DNA of 63,365 bases, counting the filler, from Octopus bimaculoides (Eukaryota): assembly GCF_001194135.2 (NCBI RefSeq). It is 6 parts of 6 records of this genome, joined end to end, with 100 filler letters (N's around TTAATTAATTAA, not from the genome) between each part and the next. Parts side by side here need not be neighbours in the genome. Positions count along the whole stretch, not along the records: positions 18,638 to 27,379 come from NC_068989.1; positions 27,480 to 54,482 come from NC_068986.1; 4 more parts are not named here. One strand, written 5' to 3'. Under the pieces are notes generated by a model. It was not told where the DNA came from. It searched no databases and worked only from the letters and a program-made list of their open reading frames with translations. The translations under genes were made by a program, and so were the position numbers. Shown piece by piece: positions 25,785-37,995 of this stretch (positions within the stretch are counted from its first letter, which is position 1; the number at the start of each line of letters is the position of its first letter).

Positions 25785-26090
25785 GCGCGCGGCTTAGAGG
25801 GTAGGATAGTTGGCTCATGATCGTAAGGTAGTGAGTTCGATTCCCGGCAGCGCGTAGTGTCATTGAGCAAGACACATTATTTCACGTTTCTACAGTCAGC
25901 TGGCAAAAATATATTGTACCTATAATTCAATGGGCCGGCCTCGTCATATTCTCCGACGCGCTGAATCTCCCTGAGAACTACATTAAGGATACGTGCGTCT
26001 GTTGAGTGCTCAGCCACTTGCACGTTAATTCCATGCGCAGAGTGTTCCGTTGATCGGGTCAACTGGAACCCTCGTCGTCAACAAAGTTTC
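25785..26090 (+). mobile_element. tRNA-derived SINE related to family E in its head
   Basis: GGCGCGCGGCTTAGAGG...GAGTTCGATTCCCGG...ttgagcaagacacattatttcacg. Confidence 0.8.
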
Positions 26091-26789
26091 TACTTTTCAT
26101 CTGTAAATATTGGTCTGTTCTTCTATTTCTCTAAACCTTGATATATAGTGGATTGTAATGTAATACTGGAATAAGCAGGTATGCTTTAAGAGGACCAGCT
26201 TGGATTTTTCCTACCTACATTACATATACTTATATANNNNNNNNNNNNNNNNNNNNNNNNNNNNNNNNNNNNNNNNNNNNNNNNNNNNNNNNNNNNNNNN
26301 NNNNNNNNNNNNNNNNNNNNNNNNNNNNNNNNNNNNNNNNNNNNNNNNNNNNNNNNNNNNNNNNNNNNNNNNNNNNNNNNNNNNNNNNNNNNNNNNNNNN
26401 NNNNNNNNNNNNNNNNNNNNNNNNNNNNNNNNNNNNNNNNNNNNNNNNNNNNNNNNNNNNNNNNNNNNNNNNNNNNNNNNNNNNNNNNNNNNNNNNNNNN
26501 NNNNNNNNNNNNNNNNNNNNNNNNNNNNNNNNNNNNNNNNNNNNNNNNNNNNNNNNNNNNNNNNNNNNNNNNNNNATATATATATATATATATACGCACA
26601 AACACAATACTTAACCGTTGATGTAAGTGAGAGTTCGTAAACGAGCTTACGTACACGTAATCCGACCATTCAACATCCTTTTCATCTAACGTGTGACATT
26701 CTGCATTTCCAAATGCAAATTAGCAACAAGATACTGTTAATAAACGCTTAAATGAAACTGTCACTCGAGAGAAGAATTTCAGTTGATTC

Positions 26790-27150
26790 CTCTTGCGTTC
26801 AGTACCACTACGTGGCACCTTGAGTAAGTGTCTTCTACTATAGCCTCGGATCGATCAAAGCTTTTTGAATGGACCTCGTAAACGGAAATTGAAAGAAGTC
26901 CATCGTATATATGTATATATACATATATCAATGTGTGTGTGTGTCCACCCACCAACACTTGAAAACTGATGTTGGTATGTTTACGTCCCCTAACTTTGCG
27001 ATTCAGCAAAGAGTTCTATAGAATAAGTATCAAGCTTTGCAAAAAATAAGTCCTGGGGTCTATTTATTCGACTAAAAATTTTTCAAGACGTTGCCCTGAC
27101 ATGGCTGCAATCTAACGTCTGAAACAAGTAAAAGATGATAAAAGATATAA
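26790..27150 (+). mobile_element. SINE family A, 5'-decayed
   Basis: gtggcaccttgagtaagtgtcttctactatagcc...aataagtcctggggtc...ctgaaacaagtaaaag. Confidence 0.75.
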
Positions 27151-27479
27151 AAGAAAAAGATACACAAATGCTTTACAGTTATTTGATGAAACTCCGAGTA
27201 ACCATGATACTAGTTCTGTAGGTTATAGAAATCATATACTGCAAAACCACCTACTGAGTTCTTTCTTTGCGTCATGTATTTATATAACCACAGAAATAAA
27301 AACATACATATACATACACACATATATACATGCACACACATATACACAAGCATACACACACACACACACACATGCATATNNNNNNNNNNNNNNNNNNNNN
27401 NNNNNNNNNNNNNNNNNNNNNNNTTAATTAATTAANNNNNNNNNNNNNNNNNNNNNNNNNNNNNNNNNNNNNNNNNNNN

Positions 27480-27504
<25 letters not shown>

Positions 27505-27513
<9 letters not shown>

Positions 27514-27983
27514 ACAAATGAGAAAAAGAGAAAATGGAGTTCACGAGATACTTTATTAATTACCATGATCGTTACGTCCAATCTTGCATCGGGTCCCTGC
27601 GGCTGAAATATTGTACAATTAGTTGTGGTGCATCCTCTGGTGCAGATGCGTCTCATCAGGTGACTTGTCGAGAGGTAGCTTGCTCCATAAACTCGGTTTC
27701 GCTTGGTTCGATTATAATGAATATCGTTATTTGTCTCTATGCAACCAGTTACAGGTGATTAACGATATGCATTATAATACAACCAAGCGAAACCGGGTTT
27801 ATTGAGCGAGTTAACTTTTGAAAAGTCACCTGACGAGACACATCTGTACCGAAGGATGCACCACAACCAGTTTCACTGTATCTCACTCGCGAGGGACTGA
27901 TACAAGATGGGTCGAAACGATGGTTGCAATTGGTAAGGAATCTCGTGAATTGCATCTTCTCTTTCTTTCATTTGTCATATACT
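27505..27983. repeat. Inverted repeat, about 225-bp arms, about 25-bp spacer
   Basis: Arms align in reverse (aaccaagcgaaaccg, aagtcacctga, ggatgcaccacaac, atctcgtgaa). Confidence 0.9.
27826..27925 (+). ncRNA. Hammerhead-like motif in the right arm of an inverted repeat
   Basis: CTGACGA-GAC-A-CATCT-GTA...TAC-A-AGATG-G-GTC-GAAA-CGAT; mirror core at 27653-27659 on the minus strand. Confidence 0.55.
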
Positions 27984-28669
27984 TGATGGACACTGAAGAA
28001 TTCCTGGGATAGATACAGTGGCATTTATATCCATACTGTTGATGACATCAGGTAGCCGTAGACAGTGAAAGCGCTTTGATCGGCATAATACCAAGTGAAT
28101 ACCCAAATTATATATATATATATATATATATATNNNNNNNNNNNNNNNNNNNNNNNNNNNNNNNNNNNNNNNNNNNNNNNNNNNNNNNNNNNNNNNNNNN
28201 NNNNNNNNNNNNNNNNNNNNNNNNNNNNNNNNNNNNNNNNNNNNNNNNNNNNNNNNNNNNNNNNNNNNNNNNNNNNNNNNNNNNNNNNNNNNNNNNNNNN
28301 NNNNNNNNNNNNNNNNNNNNNNNNNNNNNNNNNNNNNTATATATATATATATGCATCTGGGTTTACGTGCCAGGGTGTTTGCATTAAAATGGAGGTAAAC
28401 GTTTCTGTTATAGACATAACTTACCACATAACAAAAGTTTATCAGTCGGCATTATTACACTGGAAATGTAAGAAACAGTCAGGAATAGTTTACTTTGCAT
28501 ATAGAGAAAGCGAACCGGAAAATATGTTCCCATCATAGTCCGAAAGACTTGCAACAAGGCCCGAAAGATATTATTGTTTGTTGTTTCTAGATAATATACG
28601 ATTCAAATATTTCGACTGAATATAACAATTTTAATTGGAAGAAAACAGTTTTCCGTTGACTTGAGTGGC

Positions 28670-28760
28670 ATCTTAATTTACACCATTTCTTTTATCTCCT
28701 ACTCTCTATCCAGACTTCGCTGCAGTTGATTTATTTTTCATCTCTCCAAACGAGATCAAA
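28670..28760 (+). mobile_element. Possible Tc1/mariner remnant
   Basis: PTLYPDFAAVDLFF resembles PPYSPDLAPSDFF; no other motif seen. Confidence 0.3.
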
Positions 28761-30299
28761 TATAGACCAATTATATTTTGCTTTACGTCAGATTTCTGTA
28801 ATACTTCGTTGACAAACTTATTTTATTTTCCTTGGTACATACTTTTTTTATTCTTAGATGGCTTCTCATCCCAAAAGCTTTTTCTTCAACTGCAAACTAT
28901 GAAAGATATAACGCGTTTATGTGATAACTCATCGTGATTAATATCTATGCTCTATGTAGATAAACTGTATGTACGAATTAAACATAAATTGTATGTACGA
29001 ATTAAACATAATGGTGATAACATGGCGATAGATCCCATTTGGTGGTAAATTTATTTTATGTTGAATATTACCCGTTTTTAAAGACGGCCTTTTGTATCTC
29101 CATGATGTCAATAGCTGGTATGTTTATCTATTGATAAGACTCTCATCTTCTTCCAGTCTGTCTCAGACAACTGTCATTCTATAAAGATTCACTGCAACGT
29201 GGCTCACCACTTGACAGGTTATTATTGATATGATCGAAACTGATTGTGAACCAATATAGCTTATACGCAAAACTCGGGTTCAGCATGCAGGACATTCCAC
29301 CGATAATATAGATTTCACAGTTATTCTCCAGAAAAACAATTCTTAAACCAAACTTTATTGTGTTTCTTACTTATTTCAAAGCTTTGTTTCAGTAAATTCT
29401 CAGAAACAGCAAAACAAATGACGTCACGAATGTTTTCACCTAGCACCAAGACTTCTCGCCAAAGTTGAACCTTCCCAAGAACTGCATCTATATTTGAAGG
29501 ACTTATGAAGAAGAAACTGAAAGGCTAACAGAGTTTAGAATAGAATTCAGGGAAATGGCTTGAAAATATATGAAGTGAGAAAAAAATCTTAACCTGCAAT
29601 AGAACGAAATAGAAAGGATAAGTATAATAGCTACGTAGAAACAGAAGAAAAAAAATCAAAAAGCCAAATCCTATAAAACTGGCTGATGGTAATCCAGTTT
29701 ATAATCTCAGCGTGGCCATTAGCTCAGTATGACTACCATTAGGATATGACGGATTTATGTAATCTAAAATTGCAGCCATAATGATGCAGGTCCCTAGTCA
29801 ATTGGAGAATGGCTGTTTATTAAGAAGGTCAAAGAGAAGTGTGACGGAAACAGTTTTTTGTTAAACCAAACGAATAAATTAATAATTACTAGATTACTTG
29901 ACAATAAAGAAAGGAACCATTTTTATATTGTGTCTATATCTTTTATGGCAAACTGACCTTTCAAATGTATAACAATATCAATTAGAAGAGAGGCTTTCAC
30001 ATCAAAAACTCTTGCAAAATTAATATAAAAAGAATTCTCGCAAAATCTAGCCAAGAAGTTAAGAATGCTTGGTGTCGAGAAAAACGAATCTATTTCATAA
30101 CAAACTGCAAATCAATAATAGGAAGTCAGTAAACTGTGAAATTAAAATAGAAAGAGAAATTAGGCATAAACAATGAAAACAAAATAAAGCCAACACACAT
30201 AAATACACACCTAAACACATTCAGCAACGCCAATAACACACGCATGTGCACACATACTATATACACATTCACACACACGTACACACACAATAGCTGTAC

Positions 30300-30349
<50 letters not shown>

Positions 30350-30666
30350 TACACACATACATGTTTGGCAACAAAATAATGCTTAGCAAATTAGAAAGAA
30401 CATCAAAAAAAAAGTCAGTTACAAAATAGCAACCAATGGAGATAGCCATTCGTATATGTAACGAAAAAGTCTTTTGACAACCGAAACAAATCAGTAATCA
30501 ATGGATTGGCTAACAATAAAGAAGTGAACTATAACCAGTCCGTAGTTTTATTTTGGCAAAATGGCTCTCTTGAACTATAACAATATCTCATTCAACAGAC
30601 AATTTCACATCTAAAATCTTGCAAAGTAAATACAAAATAAAATTATTATTATTATCATTTTTGACA

Positions 30667-31080
30667 AGGCGGCGAGCCGTCAGAATCGTTAGCACACCGG
30701 ACGAAAAGTTACATTCTACGTTCAAATTCCGCTGAGGTCGACTTTGCTTTTCATCTTTTCGAGGTCGATATATTAACTACCAGTTAAGTACTGGGGTCGA
30801 TGTAATCGACTACACCCCTCCCTCGAACTTTCAAGCCTTGTGCCTTTAGGATTATTATCATTATTGACAAGGCAGCAAGCTGGCAGAATCATTAGCACGC
30901 CGGACAAAATACTTAGCGGCATTTCGTGTCTTTATGTTCTGTGTTCAAATTCCTCCGAGGTCGACTTTACCTTTCATCCTGTTGGAGTCGATAAAATAAC
31001 TACCAGTTGAGTACTGGGGTCAATGTAATCGATTTAGCCCCTCCCTCAAATTGCTGGCCATGTACCAAAATTTGAAATTA
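30667..31080 (+). mobile_element. Two tandem SINE family C copies
   Basis: GGCGGCGAGCCGTCAGAATCGTTAGC at 30668 and GGCAGCAAGCTGGCAGAATCATTAGC at 30870, each ending in (ATT)n. Confidence 0.85.
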
Positions 31081-32481
31081 TTATTGTTATTATTAGTTTA
31101 GAAATAAATGTTTCTAGTTGTGTTCCTTCCAGTAATAACTTGTAGTAAACTTCTAGAAATAACTTACCTGATAATGATCAAATGCCAAGTGGATTGAAAC
31201 GTGGTCTAAATATAAAACGTAACTGATTTTTTTTCAGTTGTACGGCTGTTTTTACATATATGTCTGCCAGTGTAACATCGAGATGCCCACCAAGATCTGC
31301 GTACATCTTCTGCAAATATCGGAGCAGTTTCATACAGATACAGTTTGCTTGGCACGTTTATTACTTCACCAGTTCTAAATATAAATATTTATCTTCAGAA
31401 TATGCACCGTAGATAAGGCTCTGCAACGTAAGATAATGCAATTTTTCAGCATGCGTGGTACTTTATCATCTCGTTCAGTTGGTTAATCTTTATGATTCCC
31501 GGTGCCTCTTATCGTTAGCCTACCTTAGCTACTTGAAATGCTGCGCAACCTTTTATTCTGAATAACTCTACCCGCTTAAAAATACGAATGATTACTTTAA
31601 TCATATTTACTTAAAAATGCTCTAATCTCTTTCCCTTTGTGTAAATATTCTAATTCCATTTGATTATGTTATAAATGAAAGCACAATACTATCGCTGTAG
31701 TTCGTAGTATTACTGGCTGGATGTTGCATCAGTAAGGTCTTGATGATCCTGCTTATCTCAGAAATTTCGGAAGCGCATCTTTTCATACACAACATTCATA
31801 TCAGTTCTCCTTTCATTTCTAACGTAAAACCATGAACCTGAGATTTTGTCCCTATAGAAGATGTAATGTTATGTATATACATAAGTATGTTATGTGATGA
31901 GTGTGTATGTGTGTGTGTATGTGTGTGTGTGTGTACGCACATGCGTGTATAACACAGTTGTTGGCATGTGTACTCAGTTCTATAAGGTGGACTCAAATAC
32001 ATTTATATTGCACTTCAGCAATACATTATATTCCGATAACATTTCCAAATACAGAGACTGTCTTTAAAAAGGTTTATTCTGTTCATTTCACTGCTGTTGT
32101 ATTCATATAACGACAATGATAATACCTAATATTCATTTATCGATCTATTTATTTCATTTCTTCTTACAGATTGTGTGATACGTTTTCATGTCAGACTCGG
32201 TTTCCTGTCTATTTCCTTCACACAGAAACTTGCGCATTTGTTGCCGTTTCATGAATGCCACTCCATCAAAACTTTTCAGTTTGGAAGGTGCAGACGTTCT
32301 TTGGCTTTTGTAAGACAGGTTCTTGAAGAATGATCTTTTATTTAAAAACAAAAAGCTCCAAAGTTTGCACTAATTGTATTAATGTGAACAAACATGGAAA
32401 TGTGGAAGCGAAAAAAGTTCAAGAACAAATGACGTACAGGAAGATTTGATTTATAGATACACAACACAATCACAAAGGAAA

Positions 32482-32529
<48 letters not shown>

Positions 32530-33009
32530 CATATTCTCGTGAAAATACGTGTATACATACGTTCAGAAACACAAATGTGTGTGTGTTGGGAGAGACAGAG
32601 AGACGCATCGGTTATAAAATTAATAGTGAATATATTTGACAAAATATTTACACGAGGAAATAACGGATGATTACATTTACATTACTTCAAGGTTCTATAA
32701 CAAGCACACCTTACTGAATTCTTTGTCTCCGAAAATATTTAATCAAAGCAGATCGTTTATTGTTATGTTGGCAGAATCGCCAAAGCATTACAAATATGTC
32801 TGACCGTATTTCCTCCACCTCTTTACATCGATCTCATCTTTGCCCTTCATCTTTCCAGGGTCGATGGAATAAAATAGCAGACGAGTCCTCGAATCGATGT
32901 AACCGACTAATTCTTTCCAATCAAAATTCTTGGACTTGTACCTAAATTAGAAATAAATGTTGCTGTTGTTGTTGTTGTTGTTGTCATTATTTTCTGATTG
33001 GTTTGCATT

Positions 33010-33677
33010 TTATTTCCTCTTCCGATCAAGTCTCAACTAGGGACGTATATATTAGATGGAGAGAAACCGCCTGAGAATGTAGGCGGTTGATGTCAACACA
33101 ATTTTTTAAGTCTCGCAGATTGTTGGTTTCCCAGAGATCTATTCAAAAAAATTTGTCAGTTCCTTTTCTAGTCATTTTCAGAGTACCCACAACAGCAGGG
33201 ATGGTTTGGTTTTTTTAATTGCTACATCCTAGATATCTCATCTCAATCAGCAGGCATGTATTTTGTCTTGGGATTTGATGACGATGTCTGGTCTCTTATC
33301 ATTTATTTGCCCGTCTGTAAATATCTCATAATGTCAGAGGATAGTAGCATTCTCTCCTTCTGTGACTGTCTCTGGATGGTGTTCATACCAGTTCTTAGGG
33401 TGTGAGATACCATAGTGACGACCTATACTCCAATGTAATCATACTTGGTTTTATATTCTGTTGGGGCAAGGACTGAGCGACCGACAACAATGCGGTCAAT
33501 TCTCAATTCTCTTAAGTCTGTCATTACAGGGTCTATACTTTGTATCTACCACACTGTGCATAACATTAGGTTGATAGTTCCAGGTAAGGAGGCTGTGATT
33601 TGTGCCGCTGGGATAAATCCTTCTACTTCGGCTTTCAAACCAGCATACTGCAGCCACTGATAGAGTCTTCTCATATA
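33010..33677 (-). mobile_element. R4/Dong-type non-LTR retrotransposon C-terminus (zinc knuckle plus restriction-like endonuclease)
   Basis: NHSLLTWNYQPNVMHSVVDTKYRPCNDRL..., WYEHHPETVTEGENATIL, RPDIVIK, QKIVLTSTAHILRRFL. Confidence 0.85.
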
Positions 33678-34950
33678 TACGAGGTGGTATCAAAAGGTTC
33701 CTGCACTACTTATGTTTGATAAAACAAAATAGCTTATTTACCTAATTTTTAACATCATCTCCTTCGAAATAGGTCCCAGTATTCCCGTTACTTTTGGAAT
33801 CCGGCCTGGAAGTCGTTTTTTTTTTCCGTAAGTAAGTCGAGGACCTTCTGCGATTCGCACTTGATCTCGACAACAGAGTTAAAACGGTGACCTCTGAGCT
33901 GCCTTTTCCTTTTGAGGAAGAGATGGAAGTCCGCAAGTGCTAAATCTGGTGAATACGGTGAGTGCCGAAGCGATACCTTGTTTTTGGTGGGAAACGTACG
34001 AGTGAGGAGAGCTCGGTGGCAGGGTTCCTTTTCGTCGCGAAAAATGTAATTCTTCGCGCACCATAGATCCGGTCGCTTTCGCCAAATGTCCTCCCTCAAA
34101 CGCTTCCAAACTTCGCGGTAGAACTCTCCATTTACAGTCTGGTCTTGGAGGGACGAATTCTCGATACACAATACCGCGGATGTCGAAGAAAACGATAAGC
34201 ACGCCCTTCAATGAACTGCAGTTCTGTCGTACCTCCTGTGGTCGTGAGATGAAGGCCTCTTCCATTATGACTACTGATGCTTTATCTCAGAGTTATACCT
34301 GTAGACCCAACGCTCATCACCGGTGATGATCCTCGATATGAAGAATGGATCATCAGCGGCAAGCAAAAGGAGGCTTTGAGAGACATCGACGCGATGTTCT
34401 TTCTGCTCAGTGATCAGCAGGCGGCGGACAAACTTGGTAGAGACACGCGCTGCATGTTCAATTCAGACGTTAGGATTGTCTGCACAGACCCATACAACAG
34501 ACCAACATCAGCAATGTCGTTGGCTGTCCTCCGACTATCCTCATGTACAAGCTGATGAATTTTCTCCACATTTCAGGGGGTAACGCTCGTGGCAGGTCTT
34601 CCAGATCGCTCGTCACCTTCCAGAGACGCTTTTGAAGCACCCGTGCCACCCGAAACATTGCACCCTACTGCCTCATCACCATAAGCTTGCCGAAGCATGC
34701 TCAATGTTTTTGTAGCAGACTAACCAAGTTTAACGCAAATTTTCCCGTTCGCTCTTTGTTCAAACTTTCTGTACATGACAAATCGCAGAGGGCAGCATAC
34801 ACGTGATCACAAAAATACAAATTTCACAACTTGAGAAGTAAACACAGCAATATCATTTCGCACATTTACTCATGTGGGTCACTGCTAGCTCTCAATGCGC
34901 ACACAACCGTGTGCTACCATCTGATGGTGTGCTACAGAACTAGTATATAC
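33678..34950 (-). mobile_element. Mariner (DD34D) DNA transposon, degenerate transposase
   Basis: TA + CGAGGTGGTATCAAAAGGTTCC TIR at 33678. Minus translation has KFCVKLG..ATKTLSMLRQAYGDE, IITGDERWVY, VFFDIRGIVYREFVP and HSPYSPDLALADF. The other TIR appears mostly deleted. Confidence 0.93.
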
Positions 34951-34959
34951 TTATTATCA

Positions 34960-35700
34960 TCGTAATCAGGGACGTTAAACTCCTATCTGCATTTATATCC
35001 CCCCTTTAAGATTGAGTGCAGTTTCTTACACTGTTCATGTTGTCTTACCGGCAGTTGTAACATCCAGATTGTTATTTTGGATATACATTCGGAGTCCTAT
35101 CGTAGTCGTTTTATAGGATATTTCAAGTTGGATTAGGCATCTACCGCCCTCTTTTCGTGGAAGAAAGAGCCTATGGACGTCTAATTTTGGGTAGTACCTG
35201 CGGTTTTCTGGTCGCTAGGTTCATACACTGGAGTCCACTCAAATTTCAATTGATGACATTAAGGCTATACTGTACAACTGGTATTGCCAGGAAGTTTATT
35301 GCTGCAATTCTATTCTGGGAATTCAACTCAGTATTCAGAACCATTCTGACAAGTCTATACTTTCTGATCTTTTCTTTCATTGACCCGTGCTAAATCTATT
35401 TCCTTCCGTTTACCCCACGATACTTATAAAAGCCATCTTGATCTAGGTCCATAATAGATGTATCATTATCAAGTTGGGTCGCTGTATTAGCTGTCAGTTT
35501 ATCATGTTCGAATGAAACTTTTTGCTAAATTGTTAAAGCCAAATTTCATATTGATGTCATTATTGAATTTTTTTTCACAGTTACTAGTAGCCCTTTCAGA
35601 TCCTTGTCATCTTTTGCATATAATTTCAGATAGTCCACGTAGAACAAGTGTGAGATGATCTTGTCAAACATTTTTTAACAGTAATTTGTTCTGCTCAACT
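34960..35700 (-). mobile_element. R4/Dong-type RT fragment, same element as 33010-33677, split by the mariner
   Basis: ISHLFYVDYLKLYAKDDKDLKGLL (YMDD-like), MKFG, NRIAAINFLAIPVVQYS, RLFLPRKEGGRCLIQLE. Confidence 0.85.
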
Positions 35701-35899
35701 CGTCACTAGCTCGTTTTCTTACTTTGGGATAGGTTCTTTACAACTCGTTTCCTTACATTAAGCTCCCGAGTTCGATACGTACGCAGTCTTCCACACTTAT
35801 CAGCCCCCTTCCTTAATTTTCTCTCTTCATGTATAAGCGATTATTATTTGACGAAAACTCACGGCTTATTTTGCTGAGTATGATGGAAAGTGTCAGCTG

Positions 35900-36200
35900 T
35901 CCACGGCCAGCAGACTAAGGTGACACTTGTTAACTGGTCATACTTCAAGAACCCTGAGATGAATTCTTGCAGTTCCAAGCAATGCTGATTTTTGTAGGTG
36001 TTCTACTGTCATACTTGTACCAATCTTTTTCAGCCATGTTGGTAGTTGAATGCTGATACTTCCAAGTGCACCAATTACTATCGGTATTCATGTCTACTCT
36101 CTTCATTGACCACAACATTCATATTCCCACTTTAAATCATCGTAGTTGTTTATTTTTTCTTCTTTCACATTGATCCTGTTATCCACAGGGCATGCTATAT
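35900..36200 (-). mobile_element. R4/Dong-type LINE 3' end
   Basis: IPIVIGALGSISIQLPTWLKKIG..VEHLQKSALLGTARI; starts at a (TAA)/(CAG)/(CAA) microsatellite. Confidence 0.8.
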
Positions 36201-36257
36201 TATTATTGTTATTATTATTATCATTATTGCTGCTGCTGCTGCTGCTGCTGCTGTTGC

Positions 36258-36303
<46 letters not shown>

Positions 36304-36379
36304 CTGAACGACTCTCGGATGGTTCTTAATTACCGGTTATTCTTTACTTGAAAACATGCAATAACAAATCACAAAAGAT

Positions 36380-36520
36380 TTCAAGTACTGCCTCCCCCTT
36401 CGACTCAAAAAGACAATACTCTCCTTAGAATGCAAACTGTACCCAACAATGCTGTCTTCTGGATCACCTCCAGCCTGACAGTAGCCCCAATATTCTTAAT
36501 AGTTTTCAAAGCCCTTGGAA
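36380..36520 (-). mobile_element. R4/Dong-type LINE extreme 3' end
   Basis: KNIGATVRLEVIQKTALLGTVCILRRVLS, flanked by (TAA)n. Confidence 0.75.
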
Positions 36521-36559
36521 ATTATTATTATTGTTATTATTATTTTATGTTTGACTTTT

Positions 36560-36934
36560 GTTTTGCATTTGTACAAGTTGGATCCAAGTCTCACCCAGAG
36601 ACCTCAAGAGACAACAAGTTAGAAGTTCATGTAGGTGTTATGCCTAGGGTACCATATATTTGGATTTGTACAGTTTTGTTCTAGTGAATGTTTAAGAAAC
36701 CATAAGAAAATTATGTGTTTGCTTTAAAATTTGAGATCACATAGACAGTATTTTACGCAGGATATGGACAGTTCCCATGAGCTCTATCTTTTGAACTTCA
36801 GCCATTTTGGGGTTTCCTGGTATCTGAGCTAGGTAGTAATCAGCCCGTTTCGCTGTCATTCCCAGGGCACCTATGACAATAGGTATTGTTTTCGTCTTCA
36901 GATTCCACATTTTGCTAATTTCTATTTCAAGATC

Positions 36935-36935
<1 letters not shown>
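36560..36935 (-). mobile_element. R4/Dong-type LINE 3' end with 3'UTR
   Basis: KDLEIEISKMWNLKTKTIPIVIGALG...AEVQKIELMGTVHILRKILSM*, preceded by a long (TAA)/(TGA) microsatellite. Confidence 0.85.
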
Positions 36936-36985
<50 letters not shown>

Positions 36986-37085
36986 AATATTATTATTACT
37001 ATCATCATCATCATCATCATCATCAACATCATCATCATCATCATCATTATTATTATTATTATCTTCATCATCATCATCATCATTA
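36936..37085. repeat. Compound (TAT)n/(CAT)n microsatellite
   Basis: Direct reading. Confidence 0.95.
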
Positions 37086-37169
37086 TCCTCTTCTCTCAAG
37101 TTTGTATCTTCCCGACACCTAGAGCATAGAAACTCAGTATACATTGGTCGGCCATTAAAATAAAGACAC

Positions 37170-37600
37170 CAAATGTTTCATTTACAAAGTCATCTGATAG
37201 ATGTCGCGATTCATTTCTCTGTCCTCGCTAGATACGTCATCTGCTGGCGATGTATTATTACTGTTTTCTATTTTCCTTTTCATCCCTTCAATTTCCAAGT
37301 CTGTTAACCACCCTTTTGTTCTTATTGCTCTTGCCTGGTCGGCTAACCGTTGCTCACTTATCTTGAAGAGTTCTATTTCATTCTATTTTGCTTTCAAGTT
37401 TTGTCGTAATCCTCTTCTTATTTCTGATCCATCATTCAATTACCGTTCGTTCGGTTTGCATCCTTATTCCACCGTCTCCTCTGCCTCTGACTTTGTGCAT
37501 AAGTAGTCTCTGGATGATGACCGGGCCTGCGCTGCTCGACTACAGGACACCTGGCGGGCGAAAGGCTTTCACCTTTGGTTCCAGTCTCATTCACACCATT
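37170..37600 (-). mobile_element. R4/Dong-type ORF N-terminal fragment
   Basis: ELFKISEQRLADQARAIRTKGWLTDLEIEGMKRK, a motif I recall from N-termini of R4-clade ORFs. Confidence 0.6.
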
Positions 37601-37622
37601 ATTTGATACATTTGTATTAGAC

Positions 37623-37995
37623 CAGGGGTCACCAAACTACGGTCCGCGAGCTCAGTTCATCCGGCCCTCTGCTGCATTGTGCCTTCTTTGTAAGCACCTA
37701 CATTGTGAGTTCATTCATGTAGCGGCCGTGTTTTAACTTGTATTGCCGTATTTAAACATTCTCTTCACGAGAATGTTCGCTGAAAATAAATTTTCTCACT
37801 CGTACACGTTACAAAATAGTGCATAAGATGCCAGAGCAAGGAAAATCGTTTACTGGCGGCAACTTCATCAAATATTGTATGATAGAAGGAGTATCAGGGC
37901 TTGTGTCCTGAGAAATCCGATTTGTTTGGGAGCATCAGCCGTCCAGCAAGTTCATAGAACAGAACCTAGAGAGAACATAGTGCTACAAATATCTG
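37623..37995 (+). mobile_element. hAT (Charlie/SPIN-like) transposon 5' fragment
   Basis: Terminus CAGGGGTCACCAAACTACGGTCCGCG; transposase-like QGKSFTGGNFIKYCMIEGVSGL. Confidence 0.7.
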
